Shown here: positions 9,627-19,398 of the stretch, piece after piece
How positions within the stretch are numbered: the stretch's first letter is position 1
Layout of the letters: each line of letters opens with the position of its first letter
Origin: Corallochytrium limacisporum Hawaii
Taxonomy: Eukaryota; Protista; Pluriformea
Assembly (NCBI GenBank): GCA_002811645.1
Contig: PDIP01000008.1
Location: 110,097-174,096 of the forward strand
Length of the DNA stretch: 64,000 nt
Direction: 5' to 3'
The notes under the pieces: model-generated
What the model saw: only the letters and a program-made list of their open reading frames with translations
What the model was told of the DNA's origin: nothing
The model's database searches: none
Translations under genes and position numbers: made by a program

Positions 9627-11309
9627 TCATACGAAAGGTTGAGGCTTGTCGCCCACACCACCAGCAAGCTCATAGGTTTTCAAAGCCACGGTCACAGCAA
9701 GTTCGTCGCACTGCTCCCGGGTCTCGGCTTCTGCGTAAACACGGACGACGTCTTCAGTGCCGGAAGGACGCACGAACGACCGACCCGACGGGTATTTGCG
9801 GACAATCTCGTCGATAGCCTCCTGCAAACCTTCCGGGGTCACAACTGTCTGCTCGGCATTCGTTGTCGTGATGGCGGTGCGATCGGCAACGCGAACCTTC
9901 ATCTGACGATTGGGTAGGTCGTTGTACTTGGAATTCCATTCAGAAAGGGACCATCCTTTCAGGGCCAGGCAGGCCTCGACCAGCAGGATGTCAGACAGAG
10001 CATCACCGACAGTCTCGTTGATGACCCGAACCAGAGCGCTCAGAGTCTTGTAGGCAGTCTTACCCGTATCGTTCAAAGCATTGACGTCGACACCCGCTAG
10101 ACGCTGCTTGGTAGCAGGGCTGAAGATGACTGTACCGTGGCCATTGGCCTCAAAGTACACGCCGACGTCGTGCTTCACTGCCTCGTGGTGAAGGTGCTTA
10201 ACACCCGTAGGAGTGAAAGGGGCCTGCAGTTTCAGTTCCTGGGTAATGTACTTAGTGCTGGAACCGTTTGCGTAAGCAGTCTGCACGACGGCGATTTTTG
10301 TGTCAAGGCCAATGGCAGTGAATAGATCGGTCAGGGCCGTAGCAGCGAGGGTGGCAATCTTATCACCGTCAAGTAGGCAGAATTTTCCATCATCATTGAC
10401 GTAGTAGTAGACCACGCGGTCGGCATCACCGTCCAGGGAGGCGGCGCGGTCACCAGGTTTCAGATCCATACCGGCAGGTGCTTTCTGGCCGACTTTCACG
10501 TAGTCAGCACCGCAGTCGTGGTTCAGCTTACCTGTGGTACCATCGTTGTAGACAGTGATCTCCAGCACTCCCGCCAGCTTTTCTCCAAAGGCTCGGGCCT
10601 TGGGTGCTCCGACACCGTTAGCCGCATCAATCATAAGCTTCTGCGTCTTGTGGGCGGCGGCAGTGACACCCGTGTCCAGTACCTCTTTGTAGGCTGTGCT
10701 GAGCTTGGTGAAATATCCTTCTTCAGTCGGCTCACCATACTCTCCATTAGTGTTCAAGCAACATACGATGTAGTGCAGCTGTGGAGTGGTGACGATTCCA
10801 AGATCCTGCACGGTGCCACCAGTCGCTTCGATGCCAGCGACGCACTTGGCGAGCAGAGCCTCGCCTGAGGGCCGAGTATCGCGACCCACGACGACTAAAG
10901 GCTTCACGGTAGTGTCGACTTTCTGGTCTTCAATGATTGATTTCACTACGGCCTCGACCCCGTCGGCGGAAGCGTTGGCCAGCTGTGTGGCACAGGCTTC
11001 CCAACTGGATTCGAGCATCTCCCCCAAAGGGTCGACAACTTTGACACCATTGTCTTCCTCAGGGTTGTGGCTAGCTGTGATCATTACACCAATACGCTTA
11101 CCACCTTGGGCCTGGGAACGAAGGGCAGCCAGGACACCGATGCGGAACATTGCTGGTGGTAGCTTGTCGGCATGCATGCGGAAACCCGCCGTACCGTACG
11201 TGTACTTGAGACCATCAGGGATGGGATTGTCCACACAACCGGCTTTGATTTTGTCACTCATCTCTTCAGTCAACTTGAGCAGGAGTATTTTATTGTTGGT
11301 ATTGTCCAT
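9627..11309 (-). CDS. PGM3: Phosphoacetylglucosamine mutase (AGM1/PCM1); the ATG at 11261 is an alternative start
   Basis: YGTAGFR; catalytic ITASHNPEEDNG; metal loop DGDADR; YFEANGHG; FVRPSGTEDVVRVYAE. Confidence 0.97.
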   Translation of the reverse strand: MDNTNNKILLLKLTEEMSDKIKAGCVDNPIPDGLKYTYGTAGFRMHADKLPPAMFRIGVLAALRSQAQGGKRIGVMITASHNPEEDNGVKVVDPLGEMLESSWEACATQLANASADGVEAVVKSIIEDQKVDTTVKPLVVVGRDTRPSGEALLAKCVAGIEATGGTVQDLGIVTTPQLHYIVCCLNTNGEYGEPTEEGYFTKLSTAYKEVLDTGVTAAAHKTQKLMIDAANGVGAPKARAFGEKLAGVLEITVYNDGTTGKLNHDCGADYVKVGQKAPAGMDLKPGDRAASLDGDADRVVYYYVNDDGKFCLLDGDKIATLAATALTDLFTAIGLDTKIAVVQTAYANGSSTKYITQELKLQAPFTPTGVKHLHHEAVKHDVGVYFEANGHGTVIFSPATKQRLAGVDVNALNDTGKTAYKTLSALVRVINETVGDALSDILLVEACLALKGWSLSEWNSKYNDLPNRQMKVRVADRTAITTTNAEQTVVTPEGLQEAIDEIVRKYPSGRSFVRPSGTEDVVRVYAEAETREQCDELAVTVALKTYELAGGVGDKPQPFV

Positions 11310-12247
11310 TCATAACGCCAGGTTCTTTTTGTCTGATCTGCCATCAGTCAAGTAACTCTCCACCCACAGCTCTTGTACAATGGAGTTCCCGGACAACCCA
11401 ATGATCGCTGCGTGTCCGGCCCCTTTCGACCGTTTGATCTGATCATTTCCATAGTTGCGGTTCGGTGGTATTTCGCTTACTTTCTTTTTTTTTTGTTTTT
11501 GTTTTTTCTTCTCGGCGCAGAGAGAGGGTTTTGGCAAAAAAAAAATCATTGGCTTTTTAGATTGGCCCCCTCCCATCCCAGAGGAGGGGGGGGTGGGTGG
11601 TACTTGGGCTCTCCGCAGTACTCGGCATACGGCGCGGAAAACAAAAGGGAGCGCGCACGGTTCTATGAGCGGGAAAGAAACAAAAAAAAATACAAGAAAA
11701 AGAGACAACAAAAAAAAAAAAGAGAGAGAGAGAAAAAATTGGGCTTAAGGCGGGGGTGAAGGTGTAGAGATCTAGTCTCCCCCCCCGGGGGGGGGAGGGG
11801 GCCTTGGCTTCTCGCCACAATGGAAAAACCCTTCTTCCCCGACCGGCCGATTTCCTTTTTTCCGGGGTCGGCTTCTTCTTCAGTGGGGACACACTTGCCC
11901 TTACTTTTTTACTGAACGAGGAAAGAAAAACCCGTCCCTGTTCGGACCCTGGTTGGGTAAGGCCCGGTTGAGGAAAGTGGGGGGAGGGGGGGAGCGGGAC
12001 AAGAAAAGCTGGGCCGGGCCAGTGAAAAGGTCTCCCGTCCTCGTCCGACCGTGGTGGGTGGCCGGCACGAAGGGACGGGCAGGTAGACTCTCATGGCTGC
12101 CAATGCTTTCGGGGTGATAGCAGCCGTAAACCACGCTCATGTCAGTAGCAAATTGTATGGAACAGAGATAAATGTGTATGAAATATTGCTGATGATCGAA
12201 AGACGTAAAATCACCAATGGTTTGATAGTATTCCGCATACCCACTAG

Positions 12248-13336
12248 CTACTCCGGAGGATGTGCGTAGTCCATGACCTTGCGATGCAGACGGTGTTGCA
12301 ACCGTTGGCTGCGGTAATATGCACGCAGGAAGTGTTTTACTCCGAAATACAGCAGCCCGCCAACCAAAGTGCGGTGAAATTGTGTCTGAATGCGACCACG
12401 GAAGAGCACGCTGCCTATGGTAGCAGCAATCGTGGGCAACGCGAGCGCTTCAATAATTCCACGGGCGAGAGGGACCCGGTCGTTTGAATCAAGCACCTCT
12501 AGGAGCATCTCTTCGTCCTCATCAGTGATGCCTGCTGCCGCCATGTCCTCCCGAATGACCTCTGCCTGTACCGCCCGTGCGTAAGCGGCATCGTCGGTTC
12601 CGTCCTGTTCACTGGTCTCAAAGTTAGCCTGCTGTACCGTCCCCTGCCGCTGCTGTCTTCCTTGCGCCGCCTGTGCGTCTGCAATGCGAGCAGCAAGATC
12701 ACGTCCACGAGGACGTTGGCGTCGTTGCTGTCGATGGACACCCACAAGCATGACTGGGTGGATGAAGTTGGGAATCACAAGCATGCAAGGAATCATGGGC
12801 AAAGTTGTAAACAGAACTGCGGGATCCATGCGCTGCAAGAGTTCCAGACCCTTTTCCGTACCAATGATCTGGCATATCGCAAAGCCTCCATATGTGACTG
12901 CACTGAGGTACATAGTACTGAACATCATACCAATTGCAGCCAAGGGGCTTAATGCGTTGGCGGCCGCATCCAACACGTCAATAACCTTGACAAGTGCGTC
13001 ATCCTCCGTGCTTTGAATAAGGTACTTTACCTTGCATTGCGGGCAAGATACTGATACGCTAATATTCCCTTCTTGCTTTTCGTCGATCCATCGCTGTATG
13101 CACGCTTGGTGGACCCACCGGGTCGAACCCTTACACAGACATGGCTGTGCCCAAATCTTCCTGGTCTCTCGGCTGCGAGGAATTACCTGCTCCTCACCAA
13201 GACATACCCAGCAGGTCCGTGATTCTGTTGGTTGAAACGCAAAGCGCTGTGCTTCATCGGTCTCCATGTCTGCGTGGTATGCAAATCCTCCGCGTTCGTA
13301 TTCTAGACGTTGTCTCTCCAGCTCAGCTTCGTCCAT
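12248..13336 (-). CDS. MARCHF5: RING-CH E3 ubiquitin ligase, MARCH5/MITOL-like (first ATG at 13336; the ORF-track start at 13375 is TTG)
   Basis: CWVC..PCLCKGSTRWVHQACIQRWIDEKQ..CPQC; four hydrophobic segments; ALALPTIAATIG and RTLVGG as recalled for MARCH5. Confidence 0.9.
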   Translation of the reverse strand: MDEAELERQRLEYERGGFAYHADMETDEAQRFAFQPTESRTCWVCLGEEQVIPRSRETRKIWAQPCLCKGSTRWVHQACIQRWIDEKQEGNISVSVSCPQCKVKYLIQSTEDDALVKVIDVLDAAANALSPLAAIGMMFSTMYLSAVTYGGFAICQIIGTEKGLELLQRMDPAVLFTTLPMIPCMLVIPNFIHPVMLVGVHRQQRRQRPRGRDLAARIADAQAAQGRQQRQGTVQQANFETSEQDGTDDAAYARAVQAEVIREDMAAAGITDEDEEMLLEVLDSNDRVPLARGIIEALALPTIAATIGSVLFRGRIQTQFHRTLVGGLLYFGVKHFLRAYYRSQRLQHRLHRKVMDYAHPPE

Positions 13337-13449
13337 TGCAGCGAATAAGCCAAATATGACACCACTGGTTCCCAAAATTGATGGTTAAATTTATTATTTA
13401 AATCTAAGCCTTCACACCATCTTGATTCCGCCTCTTTCTTCTATATTAT

Positions 13450-13560
13450 GTAAACACCCGACCAATAGTCGCTGTTCGCTTGACTTCTGGTCACGTCACG
13501 TCATATTGCCATAGCAAGTTCTTCTTTTGAATACCTTTTTTTGAATACCATTCAAAAGAA
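13450..13560. promoter_or_regulatory. Motif cluster in the divergent MARCHF5/SLU7 promoter
   Basis: GTAAACA (13450), CCAAT (13462), GTCACGTCACGTCA (13490-13503), TTGCCATAGCAA (13506-13517), 11-bp inverted repeat 13522-13532/13550-13560. Confidence 0.4.
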
Positions 13561-14405
13561 TCTTCCCTTGATCGCTTCTGTGAATACGAAGCACATGAAT
13601 TTAAAGGTAGAATAGGGACAACCGGATGGGTGTCCAAACCTTTGTTGGTCCAAGTGCTATCTTGCCTTCAGATGGCTTCTGCTGAGCTATTCTCCACTGC
13701 GAAGAATTGAACCGTGCACCTTCCCCCGGCTACCCTCACCCGACTGGGGGCGTGGCTTCGGTCTGGTACTGAAAGGCCTCGGCTTTACTGCTTCTTTGCC
13801 CCAGAAACTCAGAAACTCGCTCAGACGAACGGCTGGAGAGTGGGGCAATGGGGGGGGTGGTTTAACGATAGGTCCTGGACTTTCAAAGTAACTCGTCTGG
13901 GGTACTCAATCCTGCTGCAATTTTTCGGTATTTAGTCTATATGCCTGCTTCAGTTCTCATGCTTGATGTCGTCGCGATAAATATGACTTTCTATGGTTGA
14001 CAGCATTTCGTCCGTCATATGTCCGCCTCCCTTTCTTAGCCAAACTTCCTCCTCTTGATCACCAAACCAGCCCGCAGTATTTTAATCCATTTAAATATTT
14101 TGTTAGGGGTTTGCTAATTTCCATGGGTGCGGAACGGGTGAGGGTGAGTCGGTCTCGCTGATGGCCCGCGGCCCGTGACGGTGTTGGCGTGGACTTTTGG
14201 CGCGGTTCGCAGGTGATCCCATGTGCGGAATCAGCCGAAGATATTTGAAGACTGGGATGTGGGAATTGGATATCAGGCAGTTTTCTGTTATAGAACAATG
14301 GGCAAACCAAAACCGCAGGGAACAATGAGCACAATAGCTAGATTTATGGCTTTCATTTGGTAGGGACTACCCCATACCAGAATCAAGACTGGAGCGCTGC
14401 TCAGA

Positions 14406-16031
14406 ATGAATCACGGGGACGATACTGCGCCACGGGCTCTCTCAAAGCGTGAACAACGGAGACGCGATTATGAGCTAGATGAAGCACGTAAGGCTGGCAC
14501 AGCCCTTCCAGAACGTGATGAAAAGGGTGAAGTGATCAACCCGCACCTGCCTAAATTTATTCGAAGTGCGCCTTGGTATGCGGATAGAGGCCATCCTTCT
14601 CTTAGCCACCAACGGAAAGATAAGGGGGCAGAGAGTGAAAAGAAAGAAATTGAAGCCGGTAAGAATGGGCTTTGGTACAAACGTGGACGAGAGGCCAAGG
14701 ATTTCTCCGATGTTGGAAGCAAGTTCCGCAAGGGAGCTTGTGAGAACTGCGGAGCAATGGGACACAAACGGAAGGACTGTCTTGAAAGGCCCCGCAAGCG
14801 CACAGCAAAAGGCATGGGAACCACTCTCACAGCAGAAGATATGGCGCAGCCGGAGATGACGCACACTTTTGAGAGCAAGCGTGACCGTTACGCGGGATAT
14901 GATCCGAAGCAGTACAAGAGCGTGGTACAGAAGTTTGCATTGTTAAGGAAACTAAAGAATGACATGAAGAAGGATGGTCATGATAAACGAGAAGCAGATG
15001 AAGCTGAAGATGTTTTCAGATTGTTGGAAGGTGAAGATCCGAACGATTCCGAGCTGCGTGCCATCCTGGAGGAATTGGCGGAGATTTCGGAAGGGTCTGA
15101 TGATGACGAAGAAGACAGGGAACGTTGGAGCCAACTGACGGACGCAGAACGGCAAGAAATTGATGCGCTGAGGGCCGGGAGAGGAAAGGAACACAACCTG
15201 CGCCTCCGTGAAGACACTGCCAAGTATCTTCGCAATTTAGATCCAGATTCTGCACACTACGATCCGAAGAGCCGTAGCATGCAGGAGGATCCGTACTCGG
15301 GGAAGGACACCGCCTCAGCAATAGCTGCTTACCACGGCGATAATTTTGAAAGGTACACGGGGGAGGTCAAGAAAGTCACAGAGCAACAGGTTCTGGCCTG
15401 GGAGCTTGCGGAGAAAGGTAAGCTGCAAGCTGACCTGTTTGCGGAGCCGACCAGGGCGGCACAGAGCTTAGCGCATGTAGTCGAAGCCAAGGAAGAACGA
15501 AAACGGGAGATTGCTGATGCCATTCGGGAAAAGTACGGTGATGGCGGCGGTGCAGTAAAGCGACCATCAGCATCTGCTGAAACAGAAGAGCCAGACACTC
15601 ATGGCCATACAGAACAGTGGGCCTCCTGGAACGACACGGAGGGTAATCCAGGGTATGCTTGCTGCCACAATATCATCAAGAACTCTATTTGCACCGGACA
15701 GGCTGGCCGGAAAGCGCAGACTGCGCAAGTGGCTATGCAGGAACAGGCCAAGCAAGGACAAGAGCAGCAGAAACCGAAGTCATTGGTGGAGGAGCATGAG
15801 GAACAGTTAAGGAAAGGTTTGGTACAGACCAAGACCATTCCTGCTGATGCCACATATGCTGACTTCCACAGCAAGCAAGGCAGTGATAGTTACAATGAAA
15901 TGGAAGTCCAAGATGCAATGAAGCGCCTGCAAGACAATACAGTCACCACGGACGAACCAACACATGCTGAGCTTGAAGCGTATCGACGGTTGAAGCAGGC
16001 GAAGGACGATCCCATGGCCGTAAAGAAATAA
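14406..16031 (+). CDS. SLU7: Pre-mRNA splicing factor SLU7, 541 aa
   Basis: INPHLPKFI..APWY; zinc knuckle FRKGACENCGAMGHKRKDCLERPRK; KRDRYAGYD; NLRLREDTAKYLRNLD..YDPKSRSM; GYACCH; C-terminal DPMA. Confidence 0.95.
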   Translation: MNHGDDTAPRALSKREQRRRDYELDEARKAGTALPERDEKGEVINPHLPKFIRSAPWYADRGHPSLSHQRKDKGAESEKKEIEAGKNGLWYKRGREAKDFSDVGSKFRKGACENCGAMGHKRKDCLERPRKRTAKGMGTTLTAEDMAQPEMTHTFESKRDRYAGYDPKQYKSVVQKFALLRKLKNDMKKDGHDKREADEAEDVFRLLEGEDPNDSELRAILEELAEISEGSDDDEEDRERWSQLTDAERQEIDALRAGRGKEHNLRLREDTAKYLRNLDPDSAHYDPKSRSMQEDPYSGKDTASAIAAYHGDNFERYTGEVKKVTEQQVLAWELAEKGKLQADLFAEPTRAAQSLAHVVEAKEERKREIADAIREKYGDGGGAVKRPSASAETEEPDTHGHTEQWASWNDTEGNPGYACCHNIIKNSICTGQAGRKAQTAQVAMQEQAKQGQEQQKPKSLVEEHEEQLRKGLVQTKTIPADATYADFHSKQGSDSYNEMEVQDAMKRLQDNTVTTDEPTHAELEAYRRLKQAKDDPMAVKK

Positions 16032-16095
16032 AGAAATTAGAACTACATGCAATTTTCGTATGTTTTTGGACTATTTGGTGCGGCTTAGTTCACTA

Positions 16096-18948
16096 CTAAT
16101 CGAACGGAATGACAACGGAACGGTATCGTACGTAATCGCGAATGATCCAGAATGAGGAGCGGATCTGTTTTTCCGTATGGCTTTCTCGCATGGATGTAAA
16201 GAATTGGTGCTTCACACGTTCGCTCACCACGAGATTGTCAATCTCTTCCAGGATCCGCTGCAGAATGGCGTCAAAGCGTCGCTCAATGATTTGGTGAATG
16301 AGCCACAGTAGCTCCGCAATGTCCACCAGGACGTACCGTGGCAAGTCGAAGGCCACAGCAAGGAAACGACGTATCAGGCTGTAGTCGTACTGCTTTAGAA
16401 AATCGGTCGTGACACCGAAGGTGATAGAGCTTGCACCGCCATCGTTGTTTAATCCTTCGGACAGAACCTTGGAATACAGTTCGCATACACTGCCGTTGGC
16501 TTCCCGGTGGTCCATGCACACTCCGTGATAGGCCAGCTGCATGACCAACGCGAACAGATCGCTGGTCATAAAGTCTACGGGATACCACTTGAGCATCTTG
16601 CACTGCAGACGGAAGAAGTCTTCGACGACATGCGGACTGTTGGTGAAGTCTTCCAAGCTCTGAAGTTTGCCAAACACCTGCTGGCACATCAGGCGATGCA
16701 TGTCGAGCAGAGGCTGCCGAAACGTATCACCGTACGGTCCGAGTACGTCCATCAGTGTACACGCGACGTAGAGGTAGGCACTCTGACCACTGGCATGGTA
16801 TGCTTTGGCTAGAAAATCGACAAGCGGCATGAAGAAATTCTGGGCTAAGATACCCAAGTTCTTGATCAGGTACCGAATGCATCGGCACAGATTCTCTGTC
16901 ATCCGCGTCTCATTTGTGTACAATTCAGCTGTTTTCTCAAAGTAAGGATACAATTCCTCGGCAAGCGCGACCATAGGATTTTTTTCATGGCTGCGCTGTT
17001 GTGCAGGTGGGATCTCTACGCTCCGAAAGATGTGGCTCAGCGAGTACAGTACATTCTCCAATCTTGTCTTCTCTCGCGACTTGATCCGTTGATCGTTGTC
17101 CACCTGACTTGACCACTGTAACAGCTGCACCAAATCAGAAATGAAAGGACGACATAGGTCATTGAGAGCGACCTGCATTTGTTCAGGTGGCATATGCAAA
17201 ATGACAGCCATGGTACCCTCCAGTGCGTCATTGTATTCCGCTGGTGAGACATGCGACTGCTCAGCGGCGGTCAGGAAGTGTTTAACCGTGTTCAAATGCT
17301 GCACAACGTTGGCACGGCTGGACAAGAGTACTCTACGTAGAGCGCGGCAGCTATAGTGTTGCAGGTCCTTCACCTGGACTGTCATGATACAGATCTGCAG
17401 GAATTCGCCTACGAATTCGCTGTGTGTACGCAACCAATCGTCCAATCGACCGAGCAACTGCAACGAAGTCGCTCTCAGGCATGGGTGATTTCCATCCTTA
17501 GCAAACGACACTGCAGTGGCAAAGACATCCCGTGCCATGCGCGACTGATCCGCATCAATCATGGTGATGATCCACGAAATACAGAAGAGACGCGACTCCA
17601 CAAGTTTCCAGTGTACATTTCCTGCGGTCAGTCCCCCAGCATGGCCATTGCTTACGCCTTGGAAATTGTTCAGAAGTAGTTGGATGCACGGTTCCACGTC
17701 GACCATTAGCACGCAATCCTCTAAGATCTCCGCTGCTTTCTCGCGCCGGTAGACAGCTTCGTCGTTCTTTGACAGAATCTTTTCTACGTCCTCCGGTAGC
17801 TGAACCAGGTCAGCCAGCGTCAGAACCAGCTGCTCAAAGTAGGGTCGGAAAGTGGGGATCACCGCCGGACGATTTGCATCGATTCCATTGGCCAACTGGT
17901 ACCAGAATCCAAGACATACTTCACTAATCTCGTAGTCTCCATACTTCGTACACACCAGAATCACCTCCACGATCTCCAGCCAAGCTTCCGAGGCTTGATC
18001 AATAATCATGTCTACAAAGCTCTCACCAAGATCGCAGAAAACCACAGCCAGATGCAGGATGGTCTCCGTGTCTTCTTCGTTTATGGCCTTAGCCAGATTC
18101 TGCCGCAGGCTCATGACGGCAGGCACAATCTTTGCCATTAACGGATCGTATTGCTGACGATCGTCACAAACGTACAAAATAGCAGAAATGGCCTCACATG
18201 CCGCATCCGTGAGCATCGGCAAACTCACAGCTTCAAAAGTAAAGGAAAGGATTGGAGATTCAGCTAATTGTACAATCTCCAGGCACTCGTATCTTACCCA
18301 AGCAGCCAGACAGCGGAACAGAGCGCGATAGTTCGCGGCAAGTGTTGCCTCATCAAGCGAATTTCCTTGTGACGGACTAAGTGCTGAAAAGCACTTGTTC
18401 ATTGTGTCTAAAGCCTGGTTGCCGAAGCGATACAACTCATCCCGGAACTCATACCGCCGCTCATCATCAACGCGCACCTTGTAGTTACCAGTCTCATCCG
18501 GCAGTGATAGTAGGAGTTCGATCAAAGGCAAGAACTCGGAAGTGTTTTGGACCTGATTGAAAAGACCCAAAACTGGTCGAATGGGTTCCTTCCAATCCTC
18601 AAATTGCAGCGCAAGGTCTGCCACAGCAGGCGCCAACTGCCTGATCAGTATGGGCTCCGTACGGTTTCCCGGTTGCGTAACAATATGCAACAGTGAGTCT
18701 CGTAGGGACGGCAGAGACTCCTTGGGCAGCTCCACAAGGTCGTCTTCTATTTTCCGTCGCATGGTCATTGCTGCAAACACTTTTGCATCCAAGGGTACAT
18801 CAGTTGTGTTCAGAATTATGTCGCAGACCTGCCAGGCCTCTTGCGACTTCTGTACCTGCTCCAACCATGTCTGTACACTAACGTCACCGCCATGCATACG
18901 CTGCAGCGCTGCGAGCACTTCTTGCGCCTGAGCGTTTGGATCTGACAT
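16096..18948 (-). CDS. TNPO3: Transportin-3/Mtr10 (importin-beta family, SR-protein importer); first ATG at 18948
   Basis: WLEQVQKSQEAWQ..FAAMTMRRKI..LP..LRDSLL; ADLALQ..W; ENLCRCIRY; PHVVEDFFRL; HEAT-like composition over about 950 aa. Confidence 0.88.
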   Translation of the reverse strand: MSDPNAQAQEVLAALQRMHGGDVSVQTWLEQVQKSQEAWQVCDIILNTTDVPLDAKVFAAMTMRRKIEDDLVELPKESLPSLRDSLLHIVTQPGNRTEPILIRQLAPAVADLALQFEDWKEPIRPVLGLFNQVQNTSEFLPLIELLLSLPDETGNYKVRVDDERRYEFRDELYRFGNQALDTMNKCFSALSPSQGNSLDEATLAANYRALFRCLAAWVRYECLEIVQLAESPILSFTFEAVSLPMLTDAACEAISAILYVCDDRQQYDPLMAKIVPAVMSLRQNLAKAINEEDTETILHLAVVFCDLGESFVDMIIDQASEAWLEIVEVILVCTKYGDYEISEVCLGFWYQLANGIDANRPAVIPTFRPYFEQLVLTLADLVQLPEDVEKILSKNDEAVYRREKAAEILEDCVLMVDVEPCIQLLLNNFQGVSNGHAGGLTAGNVHWKLVESRLFCISWIITMIDADQSRMARDVFATAVSFAKDGNHPCLRATSLQLLGRLDDWLRTHSEFVGEFLQICIMTVQVKDLQHYSCRALRRVLLSSRANVVQHLNTVKHFLTAAEQSHVSPAEYNDALEGTMAVILHMPPEQMQVALNDLCRPFISDLVQLLQWSSQVDNDQRIKSREKTRLENVLYSLSHIFRSVEIPPAQQRSHEKNPMVALAEELYPYFEKTAELYTNETRMTENLCRCIRYLIKNLGILAQNFFMPLVDFLAKAYHASGQSAYLYVACTLMDVLGPYGDTFRQPLLDMHRLMCQQVFGKLQSLEDFTNSPHVVEDFFRLQCKMLKWYPVDFMTSDLFALVMQLAYHGVCMDHREANGSVCELYSKVLSEGLNNDGGASSITFGVTTDFLKQYDYSLIRRFLAVAFDLPRYVLVDIAELLWLIHQIIERRFDAILQRILEEIDNLVVSERVKHQFFTSMRESHTEKQIRSSFWIIRDYVRYRSVVIPFD

Positions 18949-19398
18949 CACGTTTATTTGTACTATGATGGACACTCTCGGGAGTGTCTCTCTACTATGT
19001 GATCATATTGAAGCCGTGCTCAATGACGCGCATATCGGCAGTGTGGTGTGCATGGGTCCTTCGTTTGAAGTTTCCCTTGCAGATTATTATCTCAAGACAG
19101 GCGCCTGTAATAAGTAGCAACACACGAAAGACCTTTGTCTGAAGCGGGCACCATTGTGTTCATCGAATGCCACGGGGTCTTCATTGTGTCGTCTCAGCAT
19201 GGCGCACCCGTCCGTACCTTCTCCGCCGGCTAAGAGACCGACCCTCGCGGGACTAAAGCTGAACCTATTGCCGCCCATATTGAATTCCAATTAATGACTT
19301 TAAAATGTTAGGGGTCATCTTATTTGATACGGTGGGACATTGAGAAGGGATAGTGGACATAGTGGGGGGATGCGAATGAGTCCCTAAAGTTCTTTATT

